DNA of 55,341 nucleotides from a virus (Duplodnaviria > Caudoviricetes): positions 1 through 55,341 of the IMG/VR virus record IMGVR_UViG_3300006990_000036, one strand, 5' to 3'. Made by a program: the position numbers and the translations under genes. Positions 39,496 to 47,979 of the stretch are shown here, in pieces. Within the stretch, counting starts at the first letter, position 1, and each line of letters starts with the position of its first letter. The notes under the pieces were generated by a model. The model was not told the DNA's origin. It worked only from the letters and a program-made list of their open reading frames with translations, and ran no database searches.

Positions 39496-40231
39496 GATTC
39501 TAGGTAATAAGTTTTTAATTGCGAACGCACTGACTTACGAGTTTTCCAAAAACGCATCTCAGGAGCTTGACTACGATTTCTTTTCGGTGCATGATGATAT
39601 TGTCCGGGCGGTTAACGCTGACTGGCGCTCTAAGAATCTTGACCGTCGTTCAATTGCGGTCGGCACCGACTTTTATATGCATGTGTGGGACTTGCTATCA
39701 GGCAAAGTTGCGGGCTGGAAAGAGATGGTTTACATTTCCACTGGTATCTACTCGCAGATGGTTGTCGATTTGATTAAACCGACTTCGGCGTTAGTTGCGT
39801 CACCCGATAGAAACTTTGACTTTGTTTCAGATTTAAACAGAAGGGGGTGTGCTTTAACTTTCTTAAATAACGATTGTTTACAGGCTTTTGAGGCGCATGT
39901 TCTCACACACCCTGAATACAAGTTCACTGGAGATTACACTGTAATTGAGTATGCCGAATTAGAAGCAATGACAGAGCCACAGTTTGATTTCGTTCACATG
40001 CACTCACCTGACCTTACTCTTAATCCTGCGCTGATCGGGAAGATTGTTGATATTACAAATTCCGGTGGGGCGCTGTATCTTTCAGGCGTGAACGAAATGA
40101 TGCGTCTCTACTCTCCTGACTACTACATTGAGCCGTTGTACGACTTGTACGAGGCGCTTGATGAACGCACAGACATTACAAGCTACCATATCCCTCATGC
40201 AATTGGGTTCCAAATTTTAGTAAAGAAGTAA
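39488..40231 (+). CDS. Class I SAM-methyltransferase-fold-like protein (degenerate)
   Basis: LIKPTSALV, QFDFVHM, SGGALYL, HIPHAIGFQILVK resemble O-methyltransferases; Gly-rich motif I missing. Confidence 0.4.
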   Translation: MDKILGNKFLIANALTYEFSKNASQELDYDFFSVHDDIVRAVNADWRSKNLDRRSIAVGTDFYMHVWDLLSGKVAGWKEMVYISTGIYSQMVVDLIKPTSALVASPDRNFDFVSDLNRRGCALTFLNNDCLQAFEAHVLTHPEYKFTGDYTVIEYAELEAMTEPQFDFVHMHSPDLTLNPALIGKIVDITNSGGALYLSGVNEMMRLYSPDYYIEPLYDLYEALDERTDITSYHIPHAIGFQILVKK

Positions 40232-40232
40232 C

Positions 40233-41300
40233 ATGACCGACGACAATGTTCAGCCCGACGATTGGCGTAGTGGGGACCCCCATCCCGACACACCTGTTAT
40301 TGATGATGCTGCTCTCAAGGAAATTGGTGAGTTTGAGGTAGAGGACTTGGGCGGCGGTGTTATGGTGTTCAGAAAGGCCGTTACAGGAGATACAGAAGAA
40401 GTATTCAAGTATATTGATGCACAGTCCGAGGTATCTCATCAGAACAGGTGGGAGTATATTGTTGGTGAGGACGGGGAAAAGTATGGCATCAACGAAGATG
40501 GTTTTAGATATCGGCCTGAAGATATTCCTGCAACACCCGTTCGGTTACTTCACCCTGTAACAAAAGACACGCCGGATGTCCCACGTGAGTTTTTTCACGG
40601 CATGGAGGACACGATTTACAAAGCGCTTCTGCGTTATATCGACTACTTCCCGCTGCTTGTTGGGTGCGTGTGGTGGAAAAATCGGGGGCACATTCTTCGT
40701 TATGCCGATGAAGGTATCTTGGGCGCTCACTGCGATAATGATACAAACTATAAAGTAACCGAGGGCGTGCGTTATATGCCTCGTGGGCAGATGGCCGCAC
40801 GGCAGACTTGTGGATGCCTAGTGTATCTAAACGACTCTGTTGAGAGTGAAGACGAGTTAGACGGTACAAACTTTACTGGCGGAATGCTAGAGTTCTTTCA
40901 TCTGGGTATTGAGTACAAGCCCAAGAAAGGCGACATCGTATTTTTCCCAACGAATTACATGGCGTCCCATCAGGTAAGCCGAATGGACGCTGGGGTACGT
41001 TATACTTATCTATCTTTCTTTGGTCAAGGCTCTCCGCACCAAGAAGGAAACATCAATATCGTAGAGCCAGACGACAGCTTTCAGTGGTGTCCCGCAATGT
41101 GGATGAATAACATTTACGATGATTATGAGCGGTACTGCAAGTCTGACTATTCTCGCTTTTCTACGGGCGAGGAACAGAACATCGGGATCAATCCCGTGTA
41201 TCAGGGGCGGTGTGTGGCCCAGTACGGGGATACTCACGAGGCCGAAGAACTTGACGGGGCGGCTAACTGTGGTACGGAGGGTGCGCCGATTGAGCCATGA
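40233..41300 (+). CDS. Fe(II)/2OG oxygenase (WWK subfamily)
   Basis: WWKNRGHILRY..GAHCDND..YLND..FTGG..FFPTNY..HQV..GVRY. Confidence 0.88.
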   Translation: MTDDNVQPDDWRSGDPHPDTPVIDDAALKEIGEFEVEDLGGGVMVFRKAVTGDTEEVFKYIDAQSEVSHQNRWEYIVGEDGEKYGINEDGFRYRPEDIPATPVRLLHPVTKDTPDVPREFFHGMEDTIYKALLRYIDYFPLLVGCVWWKNRGHILRYADEGILGAHCDNDTNYKVTEGVRYMPRGQMAARQTCGCLVYLNDSVESEDELDGTNFTGGMLEFFHLGIEYKPKKGDIVFFPTNYMASHQVSRMDAGVRYTYLSFFGQGSPHQEGNINIVEPDDSFQWCPAMWMNNIYDDYERYCKSDYSRFSTGEEQNIGINPVYQGRCVAQYGDTHEAEELDGAANCGTEGAPIEP

Positions 41301-42118
41301 TTGATGTAATTGATTGCTGTTACAGCGATGTAATTAACGATTCTGCATACTTTGCCGATAAGTTTCTACACGATGGGGTTTTTGGGTTGCGTGGATTACA
41401 CGCTACCGAAGAAGAACAGTTAAACATTATTGTGGCGTTAGGTGACGAGATCGGGTGGGTTCCACGGACTGCTGACTTTGATCGGTCTTGTCTTCGCCGG
41501 TATGTTGAAGATCATTCGCACACGTTTGACTATGGAGAGCATACCGGCAGTGATCTTTCCGTGAATTGGCATTTAGAGCATGTTGAGGCATCATTAGAGA
41601 ATTCTACAGTGGCAGGGTTCTGGAACATGCTTAAGTTTGATTGTTCGACGGATGTGGGGGCGACATACTTTAAAGATAACTCTAAGTTAGTTGAGGACTT
41701 GCCCGCAGAGGTGGTAAAGTTCTTACGGAAGTGTGTGGTTTCTGACCAAGATATTGTGGACAGGAAGGGTCATAGGGCTTCTATCAATTTACGTCACGCA
41801 GTTGAGCGCCACCCGTTTAAAGATGCAGAAGTCATTAGAGTCTGTCAGGGGTATGTGTCTCTAGTTTCTTTTGACGGGCGTGATCCTTCACCTAGTGAGA
41901 TAGATGAGCTTGAAGCGCATGTTGATACTATTCAAGTAGAAATTATGCGGGACCTTAAACGTAGACTGACTTGGAATTGGCAAGTGGGGGATATGCTTGT
42001 GAGCGATTTGTTTACGATGTCACACGCTGTTTCTGGTGGCTTTAAGCAGAGTGAGCGAAAGTTTTTAGGCTACTTTTGCAGCCACCCAGCCATTGACAGT
42101 GCTTCTCTGTTTCAGTAG
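41297..42118 (+). CDS. TauD/TfdA-like Fe(II)/2OG dioxygenase
   Basis: GVFGLRG, WHLEH, GATYF.D, RHP, WQVGDMLVSD..MSHA..ER. Confidence 0.7.
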   Translation: MIDVIDCCYSDVINDSAYFADKFLHDGVFGLRGLHATEEEQLNIIVALGDEIGWVPRTADFDRSCLRRYVEDHSHTFDYGEHTGSDLSVNWHLEHVEASLENSTVAGFWNMLKFDCSTDVGATYFKDNSKLVEDLPAEVVKFLRKCVVSDQDIVDRKGHRASINLRHAVERHPFKDAEVIRVCQGYVSLVSFDGRDPSPSEIDELEAHVDTIQVEIMRDLKRRLTWNWQVGDMLVSDLFTMSHAVSGGFKQSERKFLGYFCSHPAIDSASLFQ

Positions 42119-42127
42119 ACTACGTGT

Positions 42128-43021
42128 ATGTTTGTTTCGTACAATGATCCCGAGCCAGAAGATTTAGGCGGCGGTGTAGTTGTTTTCCGCAATGCCGTTT
42201 CGTGCGAGTGGGAGAAACTTTATGATGAGGTTTCTCTGCTTGTTGACGAAGAGTATGCCGGAATGTACACAGAGGTCACCAACCCTGAAACGGGCGAGAT
42301 TGCTTACGAGAACAAAAGTGGATATCTGTTTGGGTTAGACACATACGAGTCTATGCCCCGCCGTGGTTCTTCTCTTCACCTAAACCCACGAGAAGATGTA
42401 AGACACTTGCTACGTGCGCTGGAAGATGCTAAAGACGCTTGTTTACTTAAGTATTTTACTTGTTACCCTTTGGCGTACAATTGCGTTTGGTGGAAGGTGA
42501 AGGGGCATGTGGTGTCCTATGGTGACGGTGTTTATCTAGGATCACACTCAGATATCAGTGCTGAGTATGTGTACGGAGTTCACCGGACATCGCAGGAGTT
42601 AGCTTTACGTAATGTTGTGTCTAATGTGACATATCTAAACTCTTCTGTGCCTGAGTCAGAGTTGAACGCTAGAAACTTTACAGAAGGTGCCCACAATTTC
42701 AACTATTTAAATATCGACCCTATTGTCCCTGAGGCGGGCACGATTATATTCTTCCCTTCTAACTATGTGGCGGCTCACGAAGTTTGCCCGGTGGGGAAGG
42801 GGCGTAGGATGTCGTATTTGGGTTGGTACTCTCAGGGTACCCCTAATTCCGCTGTCCGGGAAGACGTTATTGATCCTTTGGTAAATCCTGAAGGGGCTGA
42901 ATCCAGTACGAATGTGTGGATGCCCACGTTGCGTGAAGATTACCGGGCCTTTTTAGAAGAGCGTGGCTATGACGAGCGCTCAGAGCAATACAGAACTACT
43001 TTGTTAAACTCGGAGGGGTAA
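42128..43021 (+). CDS. Fe(II)/2OG oxygenase (WWK subfamily)
   Basis: WWKVKGHVVSY..GSHSD..YLN..FFPSNYVAAHEV..GRR; promoter TTGACA-17-TAGACT-6-ATG. Confidence 0.88.
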   Translation: MFVSYNDPEPEDLGGGVVVFRNAVSCEWEKLYDEVSLLVDEEYAGMYTEVTNPETGEIAYENKSGYLFGLDTYESMPRRGSSLHLNPREDVRHLLRALEDAKDACLLKYFTCYPLAYNCVWWKVKGHVVSYGDGVYLGSHSDISAEYVYGVHRTSQELALRNVVSNVTYLNSSVPESELNARNFTEGAHNFNYLNIDPIVPEAGTIIFFPSNYVAAHEVCPVGKGRRMSYLGWYSQGTPNSAVREDVIDPLVNPEGAESSTNVWMPTLREDYRAFLEERGYDERSEQYRTTLLNSEG

Positions 43022-43788
43022 TGATTCAAGCAGAGCATGTTGGTATGGGCGTTGTGATTTGCCGCAACGTATTGGAAGTTGATCCTGACTTTTTTGCGAA
43101 GTATTGTGGTTGGCTTACGGGTGAGTCGGAGCAGACTTTTAAGTTTGAGAAAGATCATGCCGTTAATCAGACAGGGTTCAAGTTTAGCCTTGAGGATATC
43201 GGGATGGCCCCACAGCGCTTCTTGGAAACTCGTGGGGCTAGCCGTGCAACTGAAGTTCCTCAGGAGTACTTAGACTTTGTGGACTCGTGTGAGGATGCAC
43301 TGTATCGGGCACTTGTAGAGTACTGCACGATCTTCCCGGATGCGGCTACAACGGCTTGGTGGCGACCGAAGGGGCATGTGGCGGTGTACGACGCAGGGCA
43401 GCACATTGGTCCCCACTGTGACGATCAGGTACCGTTTGAATGGGGTGAATCTCCACCTAATCAGGTTTCGATGCACAACAGTACCAGCATTAATCTTTAT
43501 CTAAACAACTGTGGGACGGATTATACTGGCGGAGAAATTAACTTCCCTCATGCAGATTATGCGTTTACGCCGGAAGCTGGGTCGGTCGCTATTTACCCCT
43601 CCAGTTATGTCGGAAGGCATGAAGTGTATCCTGTAGAGTCAGGGAGACGAGTTGCCTTTTTAAGCATGGCCTGCTATGGTGTGGATACCCCGAACAACGA
43701 GATTGTCGGGCAAGAAGGCGCTAGGATTTGGATGCCCAATCTGATTGCTGACAGTCAGGCGGGGTCAACAGAAGGACGCCGTTCGTAG
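43021..43788 (+). CDS. Fe(II)/2OG oxygenase (WWR subfamily)
   Basis: WWRPKGHVAVY..GPHCDD..YLNN..YTGGEINF..YPSSYVGRHEV..GRR. Confidence 0.88.
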   Translation: MIQAEHVGMGVVICRNVLEVDPDFFAKYCGWLTGESEQTFKFEKDHAVNQTGFKFSLEDIGMAPQRFLETRGASRATEVPQEYLDFVDSCEDALYRALVEYCTIFPDAATTAWWRPKGHVAVYDAGQHIGPHCDDQVPFEWGESPPNQVSMHNSTSINLYLNNCGTDYTGGEINFPHADYAFTPEAGSVAIYPSSYVGRHEVYPVESGRRVAFLSMACYGVDTPNNEIVGQEGARIWMPNLIADSQAGSTEGRRS

Positions 43789-44351
43789 ATTGAGAAGTCT
43801 ACATTTGCGTTCATGTTTGGTTCTGCGGGATCAAAGTTTGCGCCAATTACAAGACGTGTCTCCGGTGACTGTTGGCGTTCTGTCCAGTGTAGGACGTAGG
43901 ACGGAAAAATAACGTACATTCCCGATTGCGGCTGTACGTGTGTGTTTCTGTGTACTGTGTTACACCAAGTGGCTGATAGGATGAGTTTGGCAGATTTCTC
44001 ATCGGCTATAGGGTAGTAGACTGCCGACCAGTAGTCTTCGGGGTGAATGTGAAAGTTGGCGTGGTGAGAGTGAGGTCCGACACTCTTCCCGTGCTGTAAG
44101 TTTAGTGCCCACTGGTTCTTCAGAATTAAGTCATTGTTTTCTGCGCCATACTGAACTAGACGAGTCATGCGAGTTAGTAGCTCGTTTATCTCCGGGGTGT
44201 CGGGTAACAGAATGTCTTGGTCGTCCCACGGCTCCTCTTCATCGCCACAGGGTTCACCGTACTGTGTGATTTGATGGGAGATTAACTCGTTGTCGATGTC
44301 ATCAAGATGTCCTTGGAAGAAGGGGATATTGACTAGTGATTTTTTATCCAT
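43755..44351 (-). CDS. Fe(II)/2OG oxygenase, TIGR02466-like
   Basis: NQWAL..G.SVGPHSH..WSAVYYP..PQSG..VIFPSYVLH..RLVIGANF. Confidence 0.8.
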   Translation of the reverse strand: MDKKSLVNIPFFQGHLDDIDNELISHQITQYGEPCGDEEEPWDDQDILLPDTPEINELLTRMTRLVQYGAENNDLILKNQWALNLQHGKSVGPHSHHANFHIHPEDYWSAVYYPIADEKSAKLILSATWCNTVHRNTHVQPQSGMYVIFPSYVLHWTERQQSPETRLVIGANFDPAEPNMNANVDFSIYERRPSVDPA

Positions 44352-45186
44352 TACTAAGTTCCTTTCGGGTACCTTTTGAGTTGAACGATCTTAGCACAGG
44401 GAGAAGTAAGTCTCCACTGAGTTCATGATTTGTAACATATTCTTCGTAGTCTACAAAAAAGTCGTGCATCCAGACTTGACCGCTGTAAATGTTACTGCTG
44501 TCCTCTACTATGTTGACTCCATATTCCGGGGCAGATGAACCTTGTCCAAAGTATGATAAGTACGCATAGCGGTTGCCTGCGGTAATTGGGTTGACTTCGT
44601 GAGCACAAACAAAGTTTGCGGGAAACAGGAGTACGTCTCCGGCCTTAGGCGAGTACGTCACGTTGGCGTAGGGGAAAACAATGTCGCCTCCTTCATAGTC
44701 GTCGTTCAAGTATGCAATCGCAGCCAAAACGTGTTTGACGCCTAGTTGAAAGTCTGGCTCGTAGTGGGGCTGGTAGTTGATGTCATTGTCAGCGTGTAGT
44801 CCAAGTGCCGATCCCGCCTTGTACGAAAGTACGTGTCCTTTTGTTTTCCACCAGAGGCAGGGAACAATCATAGGAAACTCTGTGGCGTACTGTAACAGTG
44901 CGTTGTAGACTTCTGTTTCTATGGTTTTAAAATAGCTTTGTTCCCACTCGTGTTGAAGGTCATTAAAGTTATTTATCCTGACACAGTTTGCTTCAATTTC
45001 TTCTGGTGTGAAGCGGTGTCCACTTAAGTTGGTGGCGTGTAGCACATTACCGGCGTCGTCATAAATGTATGTGTAGTGTTTCGCTAAGGCTTCGGCTCTT
45101 AGGGCCTCAATGGTAGGGAAGATGTTTGAATCAATGGATACTGCGTCTGCAATCCTGACGATTCCCATTCCTAAGTGCTCAGACAT
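44344..45186 (-). CDS. Fe(II)/2OG oxygenase (WWK subfamily)
   Basis: WWKTKGHVLSY..GLHADND..YLNDDYEGGDIVF..FPANF..HEV..GNRY. Confidence 0.9.
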   Translation of the reverse strand: MSEHLGMGIVRIADAVSIDSNIFPTIEALRAEALAKHYTYIYDDAGNVLHATNLSGHRFTPEEIEANCVRINNFNDLQHEWEQSYFKTIETEVYNALLQYATEFPMIVPCLWWKTKGHVLSYKAGSALGLHADNDINYQPHYEPDFQLGVKHVLAAIAYLNDDYEGGDIVFPYANVTYSPKAGDVLLFPANFVCAHEVNPITAGNRYAYLSYFGQGSSAPEYGVNIVEDSSNIYSGQVWMHDFFVDYEEYVTNHELSGDLLLPVLRSFNSKGTRKELSNG

Positions 45187-45991
45187 TGCCGTGGTTCATT
45201 TCTTTTTGGTGCCTTTCGATAGCGTCGTTTATGGGATAGTATGGCTCACCTAATCCGCTGGTTATGTTGGTCTTGGTGTGCATAAACAGAAAGAGATAGG
45301 CTTTATTACCTGCTGTTATTTCTGAAACGGCGTGCGTTACGGTACACGGTAACATCACGATACTTCCGGCTTTAGGGGACAGAAAAAAATCAGCGTGTTT
45401 ATTGTAGTCCGTGCCTAGTGCGTCTAATTCTTCCGGTGAACGGGCATGGAAGGAAAGGTCGCCCCCTTCGTAATCATCGTTTAAGTAAAGCAATGCAGTC
45501 CAATCCATTGTGTTTATAGGATTTTCAATGTTTTTGTCAATGTGTGCGCCCATAGCGCCACCAGTTCTGTACTCTCGTAAGCAGTAGTTGCGTGTAATAT
45601 AGGCGGGCATCGTGTTGCCGGTTATCCCTGCCCAAACATCCAGAGCTTTAATGTAGTCTGGTTCAATTAAGTTGATTATCTTGTCAGCTAGGTTGTGCGC
45701 TTTACTAAAATCTGGAGTTGTTTGTTTCCGGGGCCAGTGTTGATTTTCGTTTAGGTCCCAGTCGAAATGCTTTGCTCGCCCTCTGTGGCTTTCATGGGTA
45801 TGCTCTACAATCTGTTTCCAGCCGTCTTCGGTGCGTACTGGACCGCCGTCGTACCATTCTTCCCACGCTGGGATAACTGGATACAAATCGGCGTTAGTGT
45901 CGTGTTCTTCAATTACACGCATAAACTCGGCAGCGTTAGGTAGCGCATCTTCAATGTAGATAACACCGTAATCAAGTTCATTTACTCTCAT
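45179..45991 (-). CDS. Fe(II)/2OG oxygenase, prolyl-4-hydroxylase-like
   Basis: REYRTGGAMGAHID..YLNDDYEGGDL..PKAGS..HAVSEITAGNK. Confidence 0.88.
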   Translation of the reverse strand: MRVNELDYGVIYIEDALPNAAEFMRVIEEHDTNADLYPVIPAWEEWYDGGPVRTEDGWKQIVEHTHESHRGRAKHFDWDLNENQHWPRKQTTPDFSKAHNLADKIINLIEPDYIKALDVWAGITGNTMPAYITRNYCLREYRTGGAMGAHIDKNIENPINTMDWTALLYLNDDYEGGDLSFHARSPEELDALGTDYNKHADFFLSPKAGSIVMLPCTVTHAVSEITAGNKAYLFLFMHTKTNITSGLGEPYYPINDAIERHQKEMNHGNV

Positions 45992-46679
45992 AGAAAAATT
46001 CCCCTGCCTCTAACGCAAACGGTGGACGATCCTTATGCCACACGTTAACAACTAGCACCTGACGAATTCCTGATAGGACCGGTGTAGTTTCGTGCATTCT
46101 CCTGCCTACATCAAACGATACTACTCTGTTAGGCACATATGCAATACGTTCTCGATCATCCTTAGGAGACAGGTACGCTTCTACTGATTCTTGCTCTAAG
46201 ATATTGTCAGGGAAGCCCTCAATGCTGGCTTTATGAACTTCTAACATTCCGCCTTCAGGCGCTTCAGTGAATCCGTACCACACACTTCCCGCAATCGGAG
46301 CGTTGAATCTTTTATACTTTGCGTAAAGAAATGTGTCTTCATCGACGTGGTGTGCGAGGTACTGCGGGGGTACACATGATCTTGTCCAGTACTCAAATCC
46401 AATAACGTCGTCTAAACTAAAGTTTCTTATCGCAGGGTTTTCCCAGATAGCCTGAATTACTTGCTTCTTTAGAGTGTCGGCAGGAGAGTTCCACCAGCCG
46501 TCCCAAAACATGTACGGCGCAAAACACGATGACGCTTCGGTGTGGTACATCATGCCGTGAGAGTCCCCAATATTATTGCGGTCCTCAAAGGTGTCCATGA
46601 GGGGAGGGAAGAAGCTCTCATCTTCTTTGATGGCTTGAATCAAGTCTGGGTCGGTGAGGAAGTTATCTTGGACGTACAT
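45978..46679 (-). CDS. Fe(II)/2OG oxygenase-like protein
   Basis: GFEYWTR..HHVDED..GGML..PNRVVSFD..HETTPVLSGIR..VNVW. Confidence 0.75.
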   Translation of the reverse strand: MYVQDNFLTDPDLIQAIKEDESFFPPLMDTFEDRNNIGDSHGMMYHTEASSCFAPYMFWDGWWNSPADTLKKQVIQAIWENPAIRNFSLDDVIGFEYWTRSCVPPQYLAHHVDEDTFLYAKYKRFNAPIAGSVWYGFTEAPEGGMLEVHKASIEGFPDNILEQESVEAYLSPKDDRERIAYVPNRVVSFDVGRRMHETTPVLSGIRQVLVVNVWHKDRPPFALEAGEFFYESK

Positions 46680-46685
46680 GTCTAT

Positions 46686-46743
46686 ATTTTAGTCAAATAT
46701 GTGGGTTGGTGCAATTGCTTGCCTACACAATTTGTGGTAGAGT
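46686..46743. promoter_or_regulatory. Back-to-back divergent sigma-70-type promoters, both apparently leaderless
   Basis: Minus: TTGCAC-17-TAAAAT-6-ATG(46679); plus: TTGCTT-17-TAGAGT-6-ATG(46750). Confidence 0.6.
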
Positions 46744-46749
46744 AGTACC

Positions 46750-47136
46750 ATGAAACGAGACGAAGAATCAGTAAAGCGTGTTGTGGTGGCAGAAGGATTT
46801 GCCGTTCCAGTAGACGAGAAGCAGTTTGAGCACATGGTATCCACGTCGGCAAAGCCGGTGCTTGTAGATTTCTGGGCTGAATGGTGTGGACCGTGTAAGG
46901 CTATGGCACCTGTTCTGGATGAGTTTGCCGCAAAGTATGCAGATGAGATTCAGGTCATTAAAGTTGAAGCGGAGAAAGCACCGTTGCTCATGGAGCGGTT
47001 CGACATTACCAGCATCCCTACTTTGATGGTCTTTGTGGACGGTAAAGCAGAGTACAGCTTGGTAGGCGGGAGGCCGCTTGGGATGTTAGAGAAAGAACTG
47101 GGTGCGTACATCTGGGTGGAGACAAAGGACGCCTGA
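46750..47136 (+). CDS. trxA: Thioredoxin
   Basis: PVLVDFWAEWCGPCK, I.SIPTL.VF..G. Confidence 0.95.
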   Translation: MKRDEESVKRVVVAEGFAVPVDEKQFEHMVSTSAKPVLVDFWAEWCGPCKAMAPVLDEFAAKYADEIQVIKVEAEKAPLLMERFDITSIPTLMVFVDGKAEYSLVGGRPLGMLEKELGAYIWVETKDA

Positions 47137-47303
47137 TGCCTGACCTGTGGGATGATCTGCCGCCTGAGATGATGGGAGACCGCCCCCCGGCTGACTGCTT
47201 GTCTAAAGAGGTAGTGGCTCCTGCTGAGGTTAAGAAAAAAGAGCGTGGCGAGGATGCCGAGGGAAAGCTGCGACAAGTTTTTGGATCACCTGAAGTTAAG
47301 TAA
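47136..47303 (+). CDS. Hypothetical protein (55 aa, not in the ORF track)
   Basis: MPDLWDDLPPEMMG...; TGATG overlap with the thioredoxin stop. Confidence 0.5.
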   Translation: MPDLWDDLPPEMMGDRPPADCLSKEVVAPAEVKKKERGEDAEGKLRQVFGSPEVK

Positions 47304-47393
47304 GGTGTTGATTTAAAAAGTTTGGTCTTGACAGACTGCGCCGAGGCTACTATACTAGCCAGTATCAACAACGACAAACAAAAGGAGATCAAG

Positions 47394-47678
47394 TTGATTA
47401 CTAAGAAGGCAATTATTCAGGCAGCAACCGAGGTGGCGGATCGTTCCCCGTCTTCCCGGAATCGTTCATCGAAGATGGTGACTTATCGTCATCCTCGTGG
47501 CCTGATTGGCAACACTCTTCACACTGCCGGTCTTTCACCCCGTGAGATCAAGTCTCTTCAGGGTAGCCGGAAGTACGACCGTTTCTTGAATCCTGCGGCT
47601 ACCGCTTGGGTTCGTGAGGCGAACACTCGTGCGAACAAGGGTATGGCGTGGGGCGAGGTGGTCTCGTCCGTTCGCTGA
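47394..47678 (+). CDS. Basic hypothetical protein, probable early gene
   Basis: TTGACA-17-TATACT promoter and SD AAGGAG before TTG 47394. Confidence 0.6.
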   Translation: MITKKAIIQAATEVADRSPSSRNRSSKMVTYRHPRGLIGNTLHTAGLSPREIKSLQGSRKYDRFLNPAATAWVREANTRANKGMAWGEVVSSVR

Positions 47679-47747
47679 TCCTTCCGTCGTCTGAGCGACG
47701 TTTAAATAGAACTTAAGCTCAGAGCGTTCCCCACTCTAGGGTGGGGA

Positions 47748-47914
47748 GGTGGCGTTGAGGCGTGTGAATGGCATTTCACAGCGTAAGACTTTGCCAGTCT
47801 TTTCTCTGAAGGCTGTACGGCTTAGCATGTATCTGTTGTATTCGTACAAATACAACGGCTGGGGAGTTACCAGTCCTCTAGAGGTGTAAGGGGTCGCACC
47901 CCAACTGGCTACCA
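47748..47914 (+). ncRNA. Candidate structured RNA of unknown family
   Basis: Closing helix GGTGGC-GTTG / CAAC-TG-GCTACC encloses several hairpins; intergenic. Confidence 0.4.
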
Positions 47915-47979
47915 CAACACCACAAAAATGGTATAATATTCTAAGTTAGTTCTTTAATCAACCAGATACGGACGACGAG

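Noticed and set aside
47748-47914. Canonical tRNA-Ala or tmRNA
   Set aside because: No TTCRA T loop, C at position 37 of the anticodon-like loop, wrong length for either, no tag reading frame found
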